DNA of 62,512 nucleotides, filler included, from Hausera hauseri (lineage: Eukaryota), in NCBI GenBank assembly GCA_046269625.1. It is 9 parts of 9 records of this genome, joined end to end, with 100 filler letters (N's around TTAATTAATTAA, not from the genome) between each part and the next. Parts side by side here need not be neighbours in the genome. Positions count along the whole stretch, not along the records: positions 50,833 to 62,512 come from JBJURY010079991.1; 8 more parts are not named here. The stretch is one strand, 5' to 3'. Below are positions 61,939 through 62,512 of the stretch, piece after piece. The notes under the pieces were generated by a model. The model was not told the origin of the DNA. It saw nothing but the letters and a program-made list of their open reading frames with translations, and ran no database searches. The translations under genes were made by a program, and so were the position numbers. Position 1 is the first letter of the stretch, and each line of letters starts with the position of its first letter.

Positions 61939-62512
61939 CAGCGGATTAATTTCCTCATTGGACTTGTATTTTCTGCTTCGCTTTGTATTGTAAATAAAAA
62001 ATTAATTAGCCGTATTTAATCACGTTTGTACATATTTTGTTGCGTTCGTTTTCGTGAATCAATATAATTTATTTTGCGTGTCTTTGTTGTTACATTTCAG
62101 TATGAATACTTGTGCTTCGTTACGTCATGACATTACGACATGTCTCATTTATCAGAACCTACTCGTTTATATTACTCCATCGACAGTCTCCTGAGTCACC
62201 TTTACAATCTTGATCGACCTATACATGATGTGCCATACTGTTAGCCAGAAGAGATATGTCTGAGTGCTGAGGAGAATTGGAGGGTACGGGAACTTTATCT
62301 ACGACACATAAAGCAGGTTGTTGGTGATATGGGTACGCTATTCGGCCAGATTTTTCATACTTATCAGAAATTGGCGGATGTGTTAGGGTTTGGCAATCCA
62401 TTGATTGAATAATAACCCAGATGTCTGCAAACCTTTGTTTACAAAAACCTTATAACATTCGTTCACAAAATTTCATAACATTCTTTGAGTAATAAATGTG
62501 ATCAGAATCTAA

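Larger units (their letters stand above)
50833..62512. mobile_element. Polinton/Maverick (adintovirus-like) element, partial and decayed
   Basis: Minor capsid, rve integrase with chromodomain, packaging ATPase and pPolB in one contig; TIRs, major capsid and protease not visible in the window. Confidence 0.93.

Overview
This window is not one continuous locus. It is nine eukaryotic contigs (about 4-12 kb each) joined by artificial 100-nt linkers (N44-TTAATTAATTAA-N44), so adjacency across a linker has no biological meaning. The DNA is from an AT-rich animal, probably a triclad flatworm (inferred from the PIWI sequence and the transposon families). Contig 1 (1-10879) is a decayed giant Ty3/Gypsy element: Gag zinc knuckle, a coiled-coil region with a ubiquitin-like domain, a chuvirus-type fusion glycoprotein lying between gag and pol, PR-RT-RH-IN, then a second signal-peptide/Cys-rich region. 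Contigs 2 and 9 hold two diverged Polinton/Maverick copies; the larger has pPolB, integrase, packaging ATPase, minor capsid protein and an accessory block with a TATA-binding protein, dUTPase, a DEDD nuclease and a RING protein. Contigs 3 and 5 hold two CsRn1-like Gypsy elements whose Gag starts with a ubiquitin-like domain ending in di-glycine; contig 5 is circular (77-nt terminal overlap) and internally deleted. Contig 4 has an intact, intronless PIWI gene. Contig 6 has an 8.3-kb degenerate (TTCG/TTCT)n satellite next to a decayed triple-RING ORF. Contig 7 has a BBOF1 retrocopy and an LTR end with a tRNA-iMet primer-binding site (PBS). Contig 8 has the 3' half of a BEL/Pao element and a second tRNA-iMet PBS. 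All family assignments come from recognising motifs by eye; no database searches were run.
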